A DNA stretch of 64,000 bases, taken from positions 342,116,001 to 342,180,000 of the forward strand of contig OZ024741.1 of NCBI GenBank assembly GCA_964016885.1, written 5' to 3'. The stretch's first letter is position 1, and each line of letters opens with the position of its first letter. Shown here in pieces: positions 12,949-25,087 of this stretch. This DNA is from Eledone cirrhosa. Its lineage: Eukaryota. The notes under the pieces are model-generated. The model had not been told where the DNA came from. It saw nothing but the letters and a program-made list of their open reading frames with translations, and did not search any database. The position numbers and the translations under genes were made by a program.

Positions 12949-13712
12949 GGAAAGTTAACAAGAAGCTTATTTTTATATAAAGGTCCTACAGATTCCACCT
13001 TAATTATGAAAAGTTAAACGAACGTTTAACAGTAATCGGAATTTAATTACGAGAAGATTGTTTTTGAGTATCTGACAGAATTATCGATAATCTTGTAAAG
13101 ATTGGATTCTAAGTTAAACGGACAATATAAATACTGATAAGTAAATGGACCAAGAAGCATGGAGAGACGATAAGAAAATGAAGTGAATACATTACATTTC
13201 TCAAAACAACAATTCGGCAGTAAGGTTCTACAGCAAGATACGAGAAATTCTGACTACACCTGATGTACCCCTTCCATACACATGCACACATGTGTATATC
13301 ATGACTCATGCACTGTTCATTTTCCTGACGTTTGTACATTACCCTATGTACTATACATACACTTTTTGATGAGTTGTAGTGCACCTGAGCACTGTACACA
13401 ATATTTTCATTGTTATTTTTATAACTCGAGACAGATTTATCTTATATTTGCAGAGAGAGAGGGAGGGGGTGAGAGAAGACGTAAGCATATAAACAATGTA
13501 TGGGGGAGACAGAGTGGGGAAAGAAGGAAGGTTCCCGAAGGAAGATTCCAGAAGGAATTAATAATAACAATAGGAAAGTTAACGAGAAGCTTATTTTTAT
13601 ATAAAGGTCCTACAGATTTGACCTTAGTTATGAAAAGTTAAACGAACGTTTAACAGTAATCGGAATTTAAATACGAGAAGATTGTTTTTGAGTGTCTGAC
13701 AGAATAATCGAA
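12949..13712 (-). repeat. Two ~140-bp direct repeats (12949-13090, 13573-13712), possible Penelope pseudo-LTR remnant with a CR1 3' end inserted at ~13240-13420
   Basis: ggaaagttaac.agaagcttatttttatataaaggtcctacagatt...tctgacagaat.atcga duplicated. The PLE assignment is inference. Confidence 0.6.
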
Positions 13713-14460
13713 ACATCATCATCACCACCATCATCACTACCACCACCACCACCATCATCATCAGCACTACCACCACCATCATCATCACCACCACTACCAC
13801 CATCATCATCACCATCATCAACATCATCACAACCATCAGCAACATCACCAACATCATCACCACCACCAACATCATCACCACCACTACCACCATCATCATC
13901 ACCATCATCACCACCACTATCAACATCATCATCACCCTCATCAACATCGTCATCACCATCATTATCATCATCATCATCATCATTACAACCATCACCAGAA
14001 CTACCACCATCATTATCACTGCCACCAACACCATCATCATCCCCACCATCATCATACCCATTACAACCACCCCCACTACCACATCATCATCACTGTCACC
14101 AACACCATCACCATTACAGCTACCACCAACATCCCCATCATCATCACCACCATCACTACAACCATCATAACCACTAGCACCATCACCATCACCACCACCA
14201 CAAAAACCATCACCATCATTACAAACACCACTGCCATCATCATCACCACCATCACCACCACCAAAACCATCACCATCATTACAAACACCACTGCCATCAC
14301 TGTCACCACCATCACCACCATCACCACCACCAAAACCATCACCATCATTACAAACACCACTGCCATCACCATCACCACCATCACCACCACCACCACCAAA
14401 ACCCCCACCATCATTACAAACACCATCACCATCACCACCAACATCATCACAACCACCATC
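13713..14460. repeat. Degenerate CAT/CAC/CAA trinucleotide array with higher-order duplications
   Basis: Repeated block aaaaccatcaccatcattacaaacaccactgccatc at 14.2-14.4 kb. Confidence 0.9.
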
Positions 14461-14514
14461 TGTTATCCTCCCTATCTCTCTATATCCCTCGCTACATCTG
14501 TCTTCCTCTCTATA

Positions 14515-14877
14515 ATGCAGAGGATATGTGAAAGCTGGAGAGAAATGAAGTGAGCATGCTTCAATGGATGTGCAATGTTAATATTCATGAATGTCAAAGC
14601 ATGGACAAACTGAAAGAAAAGCTGGGTGTAAGAGGAGTCACATGTACTGTACAATAAATGTGCATGGATGATGGTTACTTGGTGAAGAAGTGCTAAGAAA
14701 TCTCAGTGGAAGGAAAGTGCAGTTCAGGAAGGCCAAGGAAGACGTGGGCAAAGGTCATGAGAGCTGATAAATCGATGAAGTTCACAAAGGAAATGACAAA
14801 TGAATGTGATAAGTGGCAGAGATACTGAACTGAAAAGACCCATCCAAACCATGTAAGTGTGGAACAGCAGACTTAAA

Positions 14878-14907
<30 letters not shown>
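14515..14907 (+). mobile_element. Old RTE 3' fragment
   Basis: Degenerate LERNE..ML.WMC and GRPRKTW coding remnants plus (GAT)n tail. Confidence 0.8.
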
Positions 14908-14909
<2 letters not shown>

Positions 14910-15053
14910 TGTCTCTTCCTCTCTCACTCCCTCTCCCCTTTTCCTGTCATCTTTACCCATATGTTCTTTATTCATTTTGTATTTTAACCACACAGGATTT
15001 TTTTTTTCAAATTGATGTTTTATCTTACACCATCCGTGTTCTGTCTTTCATCA

Positions 15054-15088
<35 letters not shown>

Positions 15089-16152
15089 CTCATTGTGTCT
15101 GTCTTTTTAGGACTTAACATCCAAACAAACGTAAATACTTTTTTTAAGTATATTCTCTATCGCTTCCACCTTCTCTTTTCACTTATTAGTTAATCAATAT
15201 GTTGGGCCTCGTCGATATCTCTTCTTTTTAGTTGCAGCAAATGGACTTGTAGCTTAATTTCTCTTATTTGTAAATAGGCGAAAAACTAACCCTCTTATCT
15301 TTTGTCTGTTTATTACTGTCACCTGTGCACTAGAGCCAGTTGTATCGATCTTAAAGGATCTAAACAACGTATCCGTAGCGATCGACTGATGTGATTGGAC
15401 TGTATGTGTTTTGATTGTTTTCCTGGCGTCTTTGCCCATATATTTTATATTCATTTTGTATGATTTTAACCATGCAGGACTCTTTTATATATATAAAGAT
15501 TATAAAAGGCACCAAAAGGTCAATATACTTTTAAATTAACACGTTTCAGCTGATCAAGCTTCATCCAAGGGTATGAAGTTACAAAATCAGAAATTTTAAA
15601 ATTCTTTAAAAAATTATTATCTAAATTTCTTTATGGTTTTATACTACAACCTTCGGGAATGGGCTGAAAATCAGCATCATCAGAATTTATTTTCACATAT
15701 TATCAACTTACATATATATCAATTATAGAGATGGCGGCAACAATAATATATACAGAAAGAATTTCAAATATGAAATCAAAGGAAGTCCTCAATTAATAAA
15801 GGTATACTTCACTGGGAGACTTGTATGTTTCACTAGAAGTTTTCTCAATGCATAGTTCTCAAACACGTTAAAACATTTGTAATGGAAAATTTCTGAATAA
15901 GTTGATATAAAAACGCATCATGCATACTTATTCTTCGCTGTGTATATGTAGCGAAATCTCTTCACACACTGACCCACAGATGGCACCTAGGTATCATTTT
16001 TCTGTTATCTGGGTTGACATCAGTTTGCCTGGAGTGACAAGTCATTTTGAGGTGAAAGCAAAATAAGTTTTTCTTTCCCTCAGTTGACTAGGAAACCTAG
16101 AAGAGTAAGCATGTAGTTCATTGCTTTATACAGACCCTCTGGATCACTCTTA

Positions 16153-16186
<34 letters not shown>

Positions 16187-16964
16187 TGAAAAATGTGTGA
16201 GATCCTTGGTACAGTTAGGTATATTTGAAAAAAAGGAAAAGAATGACTTCACTTGTAGTGTTAAATAATTTGATTTAATTTTATAATATTATAATATTAT
16301 GAGTTGGTAGATTTAGTAAGTTCTTTGTTAACTTCGGTGGGAAGAATTTTAAAGATTCCTGGTTAACTTTGTCGCATTCGTCAGTGGCGATTGTCAAACC
16401 AAGATCAGGTTGTGTTGAGATGTGTGACTATATATAAGAGAGATTTGGATGTGTCTGGGTGTGGGGTGTGGTGTTAATGCGTGTTGATGATGATGAAGAT
16501 TTGGAGGAATTAAAGCATACATACACACACATATATATACACTCAGAAAATGGTGAGGTTGCAAGATAAGGGTGTTTGAGAAGGTTGTTGTAAACATCCT
16601 CCCCTGCTGGTTTTATTTCATTAGCTGACCTTTGATGAGTATATAATGGCATAGCTGAATCAACTCTCTTAAATTTATAAAGAATATCTTCTATAAATTT
16701 CTATATCAAAGATGAATTTAGGTGGGTGTCTGGGTTTTAATGAGGTGTAAGATACATGTCTTTTGATAAGAATGGGATGACAGGAAAAAGAGAAAAGAAG
16801 GATAGTTTTGGAACATTTGTCAAAGATGTGTTGTTGATATTGGTTTGGGAGAGGAAGTGTGGGGGGGGGGACATGTAAATATATTTACAGTCCATATATA
16901 TTACACACATACACACACACATATCAACATACATATATATATATATATGGTTATATATATATAT

Positions 16965-17560
16965 ATGGTGGCTGCCAACTCGTTTTCGAGTACGGCCACT
17001 ACTTTATATCCATGTAGGAGAACCCCTACCAATGCGCTGAATGAGTGTGACTTTTTAGTCCAGCCAGCGACTTGAAAACTCTGGTACAAACACTACACCT
17101 GTGACAATTATTGACACATAGTGCTGGGCCCATGGTACCACGTGACGACAAGTGCAGAGAGATCTCCAGATATAAAGCAATGCCTGTGCCGCAAAGCTTT
17201 TATAGTGAGCAAAGGCACTGCACAAAGCCAGTCCCACTCTCTTAACCAAGATGATATTTACCAAAAAGAAGAACAAATCAACATCATTGGATACCATCAG
17301 GGTTGCAGGTGTTATATCAGAGTTTTCCTTCTCCTAGAATTCTGCCTTGACAAAGGCTAAGGGGTCATCTCTCCCGGTGATTTTGGATGGCCATTGACTC
17401 TTAAGAGCTCCTTTTCCCTTTGACAGGTTTTGTTTTTAGTCCTGCAGGATGTCCAAAGTCACCCTCCTCACCAAGAAACCTTGGTGGGGTTGCCAGTTTA
17501 GTCGCCAACGACACAGGTTGTACTGGGATACATGTTACCAGTAGCACCAGCTGGTGACCT
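16965..17560 (-). mobile_element. ~600-bp non-autonomous RTE-derived bipartite element (structured 5' leader + 3' end)
   Basis: RTE-type leader (ctaggagaaggaaaactctgat), C2H2 remnant [14 protein letters not shown], terminal ctcg-aaaa-cgag hairpin, (TA)n tail. A second 3' end of the same type lies at 17565-17630. Confidence 0.6.
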
Positions 17561-17668
17561 GACATACATACATACTTACATACATACATGATGGCTTCCC
17601 CCTCGTTATCGAGTATGGCCATTGCACGAGAAGAAAAAAAATAAAATAAATAAAATAAAATAAAATAA

Positions 17669-17704
<36 letters not shown>

Positions 17705-17715
17705 AAAAAAAAAAG

Positions 17716-17752
<37 letters not shown>

Positions 17753-17899
17753 CATACATATATACATACACACATACATACACACACATACATTAATAAC
17801 AATAATAATAATAATAATAATAATAATAGCAATAACAACAATGACGACAACAACAATAATAATATACATATTCATATATATATACACACACACGCAGTC

Positions 17900-18155
17900 A
17901 TCTTCGCAGTCATCTTTGCAGTCATAAAGTAAGACCAGTGGTTGACTACCAGGCTGCTGTTGGAGATGCTACTCATCATGCTTGCCAAACATGTGGTAAT
18001 CAGCAGGAGGGCTCAAGCGACATGCAAAAGTACACGAACTCCAACCACAGCCGACTATTCCCAGTAAATGTTTTGGTTGCCGACTCTGTGCAAGACATTT
18101 TAGATCATTGGCTGGGCTAAAAAGCCACATTCGATCGCAGCACTGTTAGTTGTTA
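17900..18155 (+). mobile_element. LINE (RTE-like) C-terminal fragment with two C2H2 finger remnants
   Basis: CQTCG..SAGGLKRHAKVH and [22 protein letters not shown] across a frameshift. Confidence 0.6.
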
Positions 18156-18156
18156 T

Positions 18157-18191
18157 CGTGTGTGTATGTGTGTGTAGATATGCTTATGTGC

Positions 18192-18228
<37 letters not shown>

Positions 18229-19070
18229 CGCACACATACATACACATATATATATATATACACACATACGCACACACACACATTCTATATATATTATATA
18301 TACACACCATATATATATATTATACATATATATATATATACTACATATATATATATACTATACACATACATACATATTATACACATATATATATTTTATA
18401 TATACATATATATATATATTTTATACACATATACACATACACATTATACATACATATATATTATACATATTCTATACATACATATAAATATATTTCATAT
18501 ACAGATATATATATATTTTATATACATACATATATATATTTTATATACACACATATACATATATATATTTTACACATATACACATATATATTTTATATAT
18601 ATACATATATATAAAATATATGTGTGTATATATATAAAATATATATAGTGTATATATAGTATATATATAAAATATGTATATGGTATATGTATATGGTATA
18701 TGTATATATCCCATACATATACCATATATATATATTTTATATATATACTATATATACATTTTATATATATATAAAATATATATATGTGTGTATACACATG
18801 TGTATACACACATGTGTATACACACATATATATATTTTACATACATATATATATATATCCTACACATATACCATATATATATTTTATATATATACTATAT
18901 ATATATTTTATATATACACTATATATATTTTGTATATATACCATATATATATCCTACACAGATATCATATACATCCTATACATATCTTATACATATATTA
19001 TATATATCCTATACATATATATATATATATATCTCATATACATATATATATATATATATCTTATATACAT
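18157..19070. repeat. Compound (TA)/(CA)/(TACA) microsatellite field
   Basis: Low complexity; source of the YI-repeat ORFs. Similar fields at 341-408, 19905-20115, 20290-20420, 20870-21240, 41965-42060. Confidence 0.95.
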
Positions 19071-19905
19071 ATCATCATCATCATCATCATCGTTTAACGT
19101 CCGTGATCCACACCTGCATGGGTTTGGACGGGAGTTTTCCCACTTGCTCGCATAGGACTGTCTGGCGGGTTTTCTACAGCTGGATGCCCTTCCTAACACC
19201 AACCACATTTACAGTGTGGGGCTGGGAGGTTTTTACCGTGTTGCCTACACGGCCACATTACAGCGTGGACTGTGTGTTTTTTTTGTCGTGACACCTACAC
19301 GATCTCATTTGTTTCGGCCTGGATGTTGTGGCACCAACATAACTTTACATTGAAAGGGGCGGTGTGGATGGGGGGGGGGGGGGGGGGGGATTTTGTTAGA
19401 GATGCCTACTGACTGTAGTAGGTTTTACTTTGTATTTAGGTAAGGCAGGTCTTCTCTATTACTGAGTACCGCCAAAGGCCTCGGTCCAGTGATATTGTCT
19501 TGGAGAGGTGTAAGTGTGTGAGGTCGGAATTTATCAGCTCGTCCCAGGTTTTTCTGGGTCTGCCTACTCCGTGGCTACCGTCTATCTTTATTGCCCTGCA
19601 CTTTGTTATACAGCTGTCGTCTTTCATGCGCATCACGTGACCATACCAACGTAGCCTTCTCTCGAGTAAACAACATCTGATCCCTCATATTTCTAGTAAA
19701 CAACATCTGATACCTCATATTTCCTTAGTTCGTTTATGCTTTGCCGTTCACGTATATTACTATTACACATCCAGCGGAGCATGCAAGCTTCGTTCCTCTC
19801 TAGTCTGCGTATATCCTCTGCACACAATGCCCAGGTCTCACTGCCATGCAACATTGCTGTTCATATGCAGGCATCATACAACCTGCCTTTCATTTTTAGG
19901 GAGAT
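19071..19905 (-). mobile_element. 5'-truncated RTE LINE (same subfamily as 9161-12690)
   Basis: [29 protein letters not shown], shared 3'UTR, (GAT)n tail. Confidence 0.92.
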
Positions 19906-20076
19906 CCTATACATACATATATATATCCCATACATACACACATATATCCCATGCATACACACATATATATATTTTTTATATATATATATATATCCTATAC
20001 ATACATATATATATCCCATACATACACACATATATCCCATGCATACACACATATATCCCATGCATACACACATATA

Positions 20077-20111
<35 letters not shown>

Positions 20112-20460
20112 CAAATATATTACACAAAGAGAAGTGTGTTACACAGTGAGATGTGTGTAAAGAATTATTACAAGTGAGTTTTACCGTTACTGTATAGAAA
20201 ACAATATCTACAGGTTTAGCAATTAAATAGAAAAAAAACTAAGTCAGAATCAAATCTCTGAAGTAGAGTTTTAAATTACCAACCTTATAATATATATATA
20301 TATATAAATTCTACATATATATATATTCTACATATATATATATTATATTCTACATATATATACACATATATATATATTCTACATATATATATATACACAT
20401 ATATATATATTCTACATATAATATATTAACAAATGGAAACTATATTTATAAAACCATATT

Positions 20461-20525
20461 TATTTCATTATACATATTTCAAGGACACCAAAGCAAATTA
20501 TGGTGCACTTTCATCAGATAAAATA
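20461..20525 (-). ncRNA. Minimal type-I hammerhead ribozyme motif in the left arm of the foldback (opposite strand)
   Basis: Reverse complement reads tattttat-CTGATGA-aagtgcacca...tggtgtcctt-GAAA-TATGTATA-atgaaata. Confidence 0.8.
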
Positions 20526-20673
20526 TAATATAGATCAGTTTTATAAACAAATATTGACATACCCTTAAAAGAATGCGACCATGTCTGTTGGAACTATCCG
20601 GGAGCTTCCAACAGACATGGGCACATTCTTTTAAGGGTATGTCAATATTTGTTTATAAAACTGATCTATATTA

Positions 20674-20738
20674 TATTTTATCTGATGAAAGCACACCATA
20701 ATTTGCTTTGGTGTCCTTGAAATATGTATAATGAAATA
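20674..20738 (+). ncRNA. Minimal type-I hammerhead ribozyme motif in the right arm of a foldback
   Basis: tattttat-CTGATGA-aagcacacca(taatttgctt)tggtgtcctt-GAAA-T(ATGT)A-TA-atgaaata. 8-bp stem I, 9/10-bp stem II. Confidence 0.8.
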
Positions 20739-20910
20739 AATATGGTTTTATACATATAGTTTCCATTTATTAATATATTGTATTTTTACTCCAAAAATTT
20801 GTTGAGTGCTTTATATCAGTTATAAAAATATTTGCTTGTTGTATCCCAACAAATTAAATATAACTTCTATATATATTCTACATATATATATTTTAGATAT
20901 TTAATATATA

Positions 20911-20947
<37 letters not shown>

Positions 20948-21129
20948 CATATACATATATATACATGTATATATACGTATATATATATACATGTATATAT
21001 ACATATAAATGTATTATATATATATATATTACATATACATATATATACATGTATATATACGTATATATATATACATGTATATATACATATAAATATATTA
21101 TATATATATATATATACATATAAATATAT

Positions 21130-21160
<31 letters not shown>

Positions 21161-21414
21161 GTATATATATATCTATCTCACACATACATACATATATATA
21201 CACACACACACATATGCACACATGCATATAAACATGTACACATATATCTGTATACCTACAGACACATATAAAAAAACACATCTATACATACATCTACTCA
21301 AGTGCTTAAGTTCATATATACATTGATGTGGGGAAGGGGAAATTAATTAAATGTTATTGTACCTCTGAGAGTTTTTCTTCTCTTCAGCGATCGAATGTTT
21401 GAAAGTACGGGTGT

Positions 21415-22017
21415 CATAATAAATAATGAAATTATTGTGTAAAGTGCTCAGGTGCACTACAACTCGTCAATATAGTACATAGAATAATACACAAATGTCA
21501 GGGAAGTACATGTGTGTATGTGTTACTGTTCTGTTGGCGGATCTCGGGAAGCATGGAGGCCTTAAAGGATGCAGTGTCTCGACAGCTAACAACTGATGCA
21601 GGTAGTTTGTTCCATGCTTCAGCAACTCTGAGCATGAAAAATTGTTTCCGAAAGTCATGGGAACTGTGCTGTTTTCTTACTTTGTGGGCATGTCCACGTG
21701 TGTTAGACACATGGAAATCGAAAAGGTACTCAGGGTTGTTGTTGGCAACATGGTTAACAATTTTGTGGGTGTTTACCAAGTCAGTCGCCAGGCGTCGGAG
21801 CTTCAATGAATCCATGCCCAGGGAAGCAAGGCGCTCAGAGTATGGTAGATGCCTGATGGAGGGTATTCGCTTGGTTGCACGTCTCTGAACAGTTTCCAGA
21901 CGGTCAATGTCCTGAGCAAGATAGGGGTTCCAGACTGGTGATGCAAATTCTAAGTGTGGTCGCACCATAGCTGTATACAGCCTTAAATAGATATCTGGAG
22001 AGCGGCTGACAAAAGTC
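21415..22017 (-). mobile_element. CR1/L2-group LINE 3' fragment
   Basis: [15 protein letters not shown]...LETVQRRATK...NTRGH...[12 protein letters not shown]; 3' end gttgtagtgcacctgagcact...(ATT)n. Confidence 0.92.
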
Positions 22018-22084
22018 TCCTCAACTATTTTTTTATTTTTTTCAATATGAAATTTTTTTTAAAGAAAAGAGAGGAGAATCCCGT

Positions 22085-22856
22085 TACTTGAAGATGGAAT
22101 ATCACTTTTTTGTGTTCAGTAGTGGTTTGTATTTTCTAATAAAAAATTCTTCTTTATATTTTCGGAAATGTTCGTTGTCCGACCATATCTTAAAGAAGGG
22201 GAAAATTGTGAAATTTCCCTTTCCGCATGTTGCGAAGTGTTCACTGCATGTGGTGTTTCTGACAGAGGGGTCTCTAATTTGTTGTTTATTTACTCGAACT
22301 CTGTCATGTAAACCCGTTCTGGTTTCACCAATGTCGTACTCTTTACATTGTGGGCAGGTTGCACAGTAAATCAAGTTTTTTGTTTTGCAATTCATGTTTG
22401 CATTAACTGTGAAAGACTGGTTGTTTTTAAAGTAGATTTGTCCACCCTCTTCAATGTGTTCACAAGTTCCGGACCGAGGGTCCCCGCATTTCTTAACTTG
22501 CATTGCTTTGTTATTAGACGTAAATTTTGCCTTGGTAAGCAGTTTCCAGAAACGGTAGTTACTTTTTATTACATTCCATGGTGAATTTTATTTCTTCGTG
22601 AAGATTGTTTATGGTGGAATGGAATTTTTGCAGGTCTTCTTGGCTTCTATTCGAGAAGATGAAGCAGTTGTCTAGGTAGCGTTTCCAGTTGTGATTAATG
22701 TAGGTGGCGAAGTCATGACTGAATGTTTCCTGCAGTTTGGAATGTAATTTTGCCTCCAGGTGGCCCTTAACGAGTGTTACATATGTTGGGGCCACTTTGT
22801 GCCCATGACCGTTCCTTTTATTTCTAAATATAGTTCGTTATCAAAAAGGAAGTGGT
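22085..22856 (-). mobile_element. Penelope-like element fragment (RT remnant + GIY-YIG endonuclease)
   Basis: GTVMG..VAPTYVTL...WKRYLDNCF...IKFTME (PLE RT) and NMNCKTKNLIYCATCPQC..YDIGET...EHF...E.FFI..YKP.LN (GIY-YIG). Confidence 0.9.
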
Positions 22857-23149
22857 GTATATATATATATATATATCGACCAAGCTAACGAAATTCAACA
22901 CATCAACAGATGTTTTGGTAAATACATTTTAACTATACCTTGAAAACAAACACATATACATTATCTTGACAATTATCTTGACAAATTATCTTGACAAATA
23001 ATTTTACACAATTCAACTGTGGTTATTTGTTCTTCGTGATGCAGAAAGAGTTAACAACTCTGTAAATGTAGTTCAGAGAAACACAGAAATTAGCTAATAT
23101 GTGACCCTGTGAATGGTCATTCAACCTGCTAATATCTTCCATCATACAG

Positions 23150-23357
23150 AGTTCTTCTTCTTTGCCCACTGAAAGGGGGGGGGGGGTTTAGAGTTCTCAA
23201 GCACTCCTTCCAGCGGGTCCAGTCAGAAGCAACCAACTGATCCGGCTGGATTCCCAAGCATTACCAGCCAGGCTCATGGATGATATCCAACCATCTTGCT
23301 CGGGGTTTACCCCTGTGTCTCCTACAAGTTAGTTTTGCCTGTAAAATCTGTCCAGCG
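23150..23357 (-). mobile_element. RTE-like LINE 3' fragment with (GAA)n tail
   Basis: ILQAKLTCRRHRGKPRARWLDII...W remnant. Confidence 0.55.
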
Positions 23358-24129
23358 CTACTTTCCTGAGATATTCTTACCACATGTGCATAGAGTTAAA
23401 TTGTTAAAACGAAGGAGTGATTTATTGGTTACTGTAGTCCCAGATATATTATGCATAAAAAAAAAGAAAAAAAATAGGATGGTCATAGCTGGAACGCTAT
23501 TGATTATTACATGTCTGCTTGACAGGACTGATTTAGGGTTGAATAACAGCACAGAATGCACAAATACGCACACAGGTGTGTGTGTGTGTGTGTGAGTGCA
23601 TGAATGTATATGAGTGTATGGATGGATGTGAGTGTCTGTGTATGTATGCGTGTGTGAATGTATGTGTGTGTATGTATGTATGTATGTGTGCATAGTAAAC
23701 AGTGCTGTACTGCTTTCCCCACATTTTCTAATTCTCTGCTACATTTCCATTTAATCCTCCAGGGTAGAGCTTTCTCTATTCTGTCCACTGGGACCATGAG
23801 GTGACATGTGCCTGGGGGTTTGATTTTGGTGAGGCAGAGTGGGGGTGGTTGACAATATTTCATCGACTGGTTGATGCTGTTATCGTTGGCCACTACATAC
23901 ACATATATTTACATTTTACCAACCACACCACTATACCTTACTGTCTATTTAATTTAATCTTTTACTAAAATCGAAAAGAAATCATTTCTATTCTTAAAAT
24001 GAATTTTTTTTTAAATACTTTGACAAGAGAGGCAACTCTTGACAACTTAAAAAATTTTAATGTCTTTACTAATGAAAATAGGAAAAGAGAGATAACTCTT
24101 AACATACTATTATGTGTGTGTGTGTGTGT

Positions 24130-24405
24130 GTAAGACCTCTGTTAATGAGTGTTCTAGTTGCTTGAACAACGAAACAACCTGCACTTGAAATCAATGTACA
24201 AGTGGATGAGTATTCTACAGTCACGTGTACTTTGACGTTGTTCTCAAGGAGATTCAGCGTGACAAGACTGACCTTTGAATTACAGGTACAACTGTCAGCT
24301 GAGTGGACTGGAACAACATGAAATAAAACGTCTTTCTCAAGGAAATCAAACTGACAACCTTGCTTTCATGAGCCCAACACCATAAACACTAAACCATGGG
24401 CCTTC
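24130..24405 (-). mobile_element. CORE-type tRNA-derived SINE (related copies 31870-32020 on minus, 52720-52970 on plus)
   Basis: tggtttagtg...ccttgag.aagac..ttatttca.gttgttccagtccactcagctg block. Confidence 0.65.
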
Positions 24406-25087
24406 ATCACATGCTATTTACAGAATAGGAAAAACAGAGAAAAGGTTACAAAAACAGGAATCTTCCGCCTTGCCTGCACATCTGCAGCCATCTACCACAC
24501 CGTCAGACGAGACAGCAAGCCTGTCCAATGCTCAATCCTCATTGGTCAACATTACTCAGATCAGGCGGCTTTGGAAGATCCCTTTCAAGTAAATTTCATT
24601 TCATAATGCTTTCTTCTAGCTACTATAAACTATAAGTATATTTTTATTATATTTTCTGGAGGAGATTTTGTCCATTTCAACAAGTGACTGTGCATATTTC
24701 AGGATCAGTGTTGGGTGTAGGAAATAATGTTTGCATATTACCAATATCATCCTTGGACAATACCAAAGCAAAAACAATACAAAGAGAAATTTAGGAGTAA
24801 GTGGTTTAAAATTTGGTTAGTAAAGTCGAAAGAAAATCTTAGCATTCCACAAATGTGATATTAATGCAAAGAGTTGACTGTACACATAAAATTTTAAAAG
24901 AAACAATAGTGCAACACGTCTGAAAATAGTGCCAGTAATATAATACCTTGAAATAAAGCCAAGGTATAAAGTATCAAGACTCGAAGGAAATACTTCAATG
25001 TTTATTTGTTGTCATTCAGCTGTTGTAAATACTGACCATCTGGTTGACTTCTGTAAGAATAATATAAACGACAGTGACATAAATGTA

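Larger units (their letters stand above)
20420..20779. repeat. Near-perfect foldback, 174-bp arms, 12-nt loop
   Basis: Arms 20420-20593 and 20606-20779 are complementary with about 6 mismatches; flanked by (TA)n-rich tracts. Confidence 0.95.

Noticed and set aside
17400-21150. Numerous YI/HT/CV-repeat ORFs
   Set aside because: Translations of dinucleotide microsatellites.
24455-24790. Unique, GC-richer stretch as an exon of a third gene
   Set aside because: Short open frames exist on both strands, but there is no recognisable protein, convincing splice pair or partner exon.
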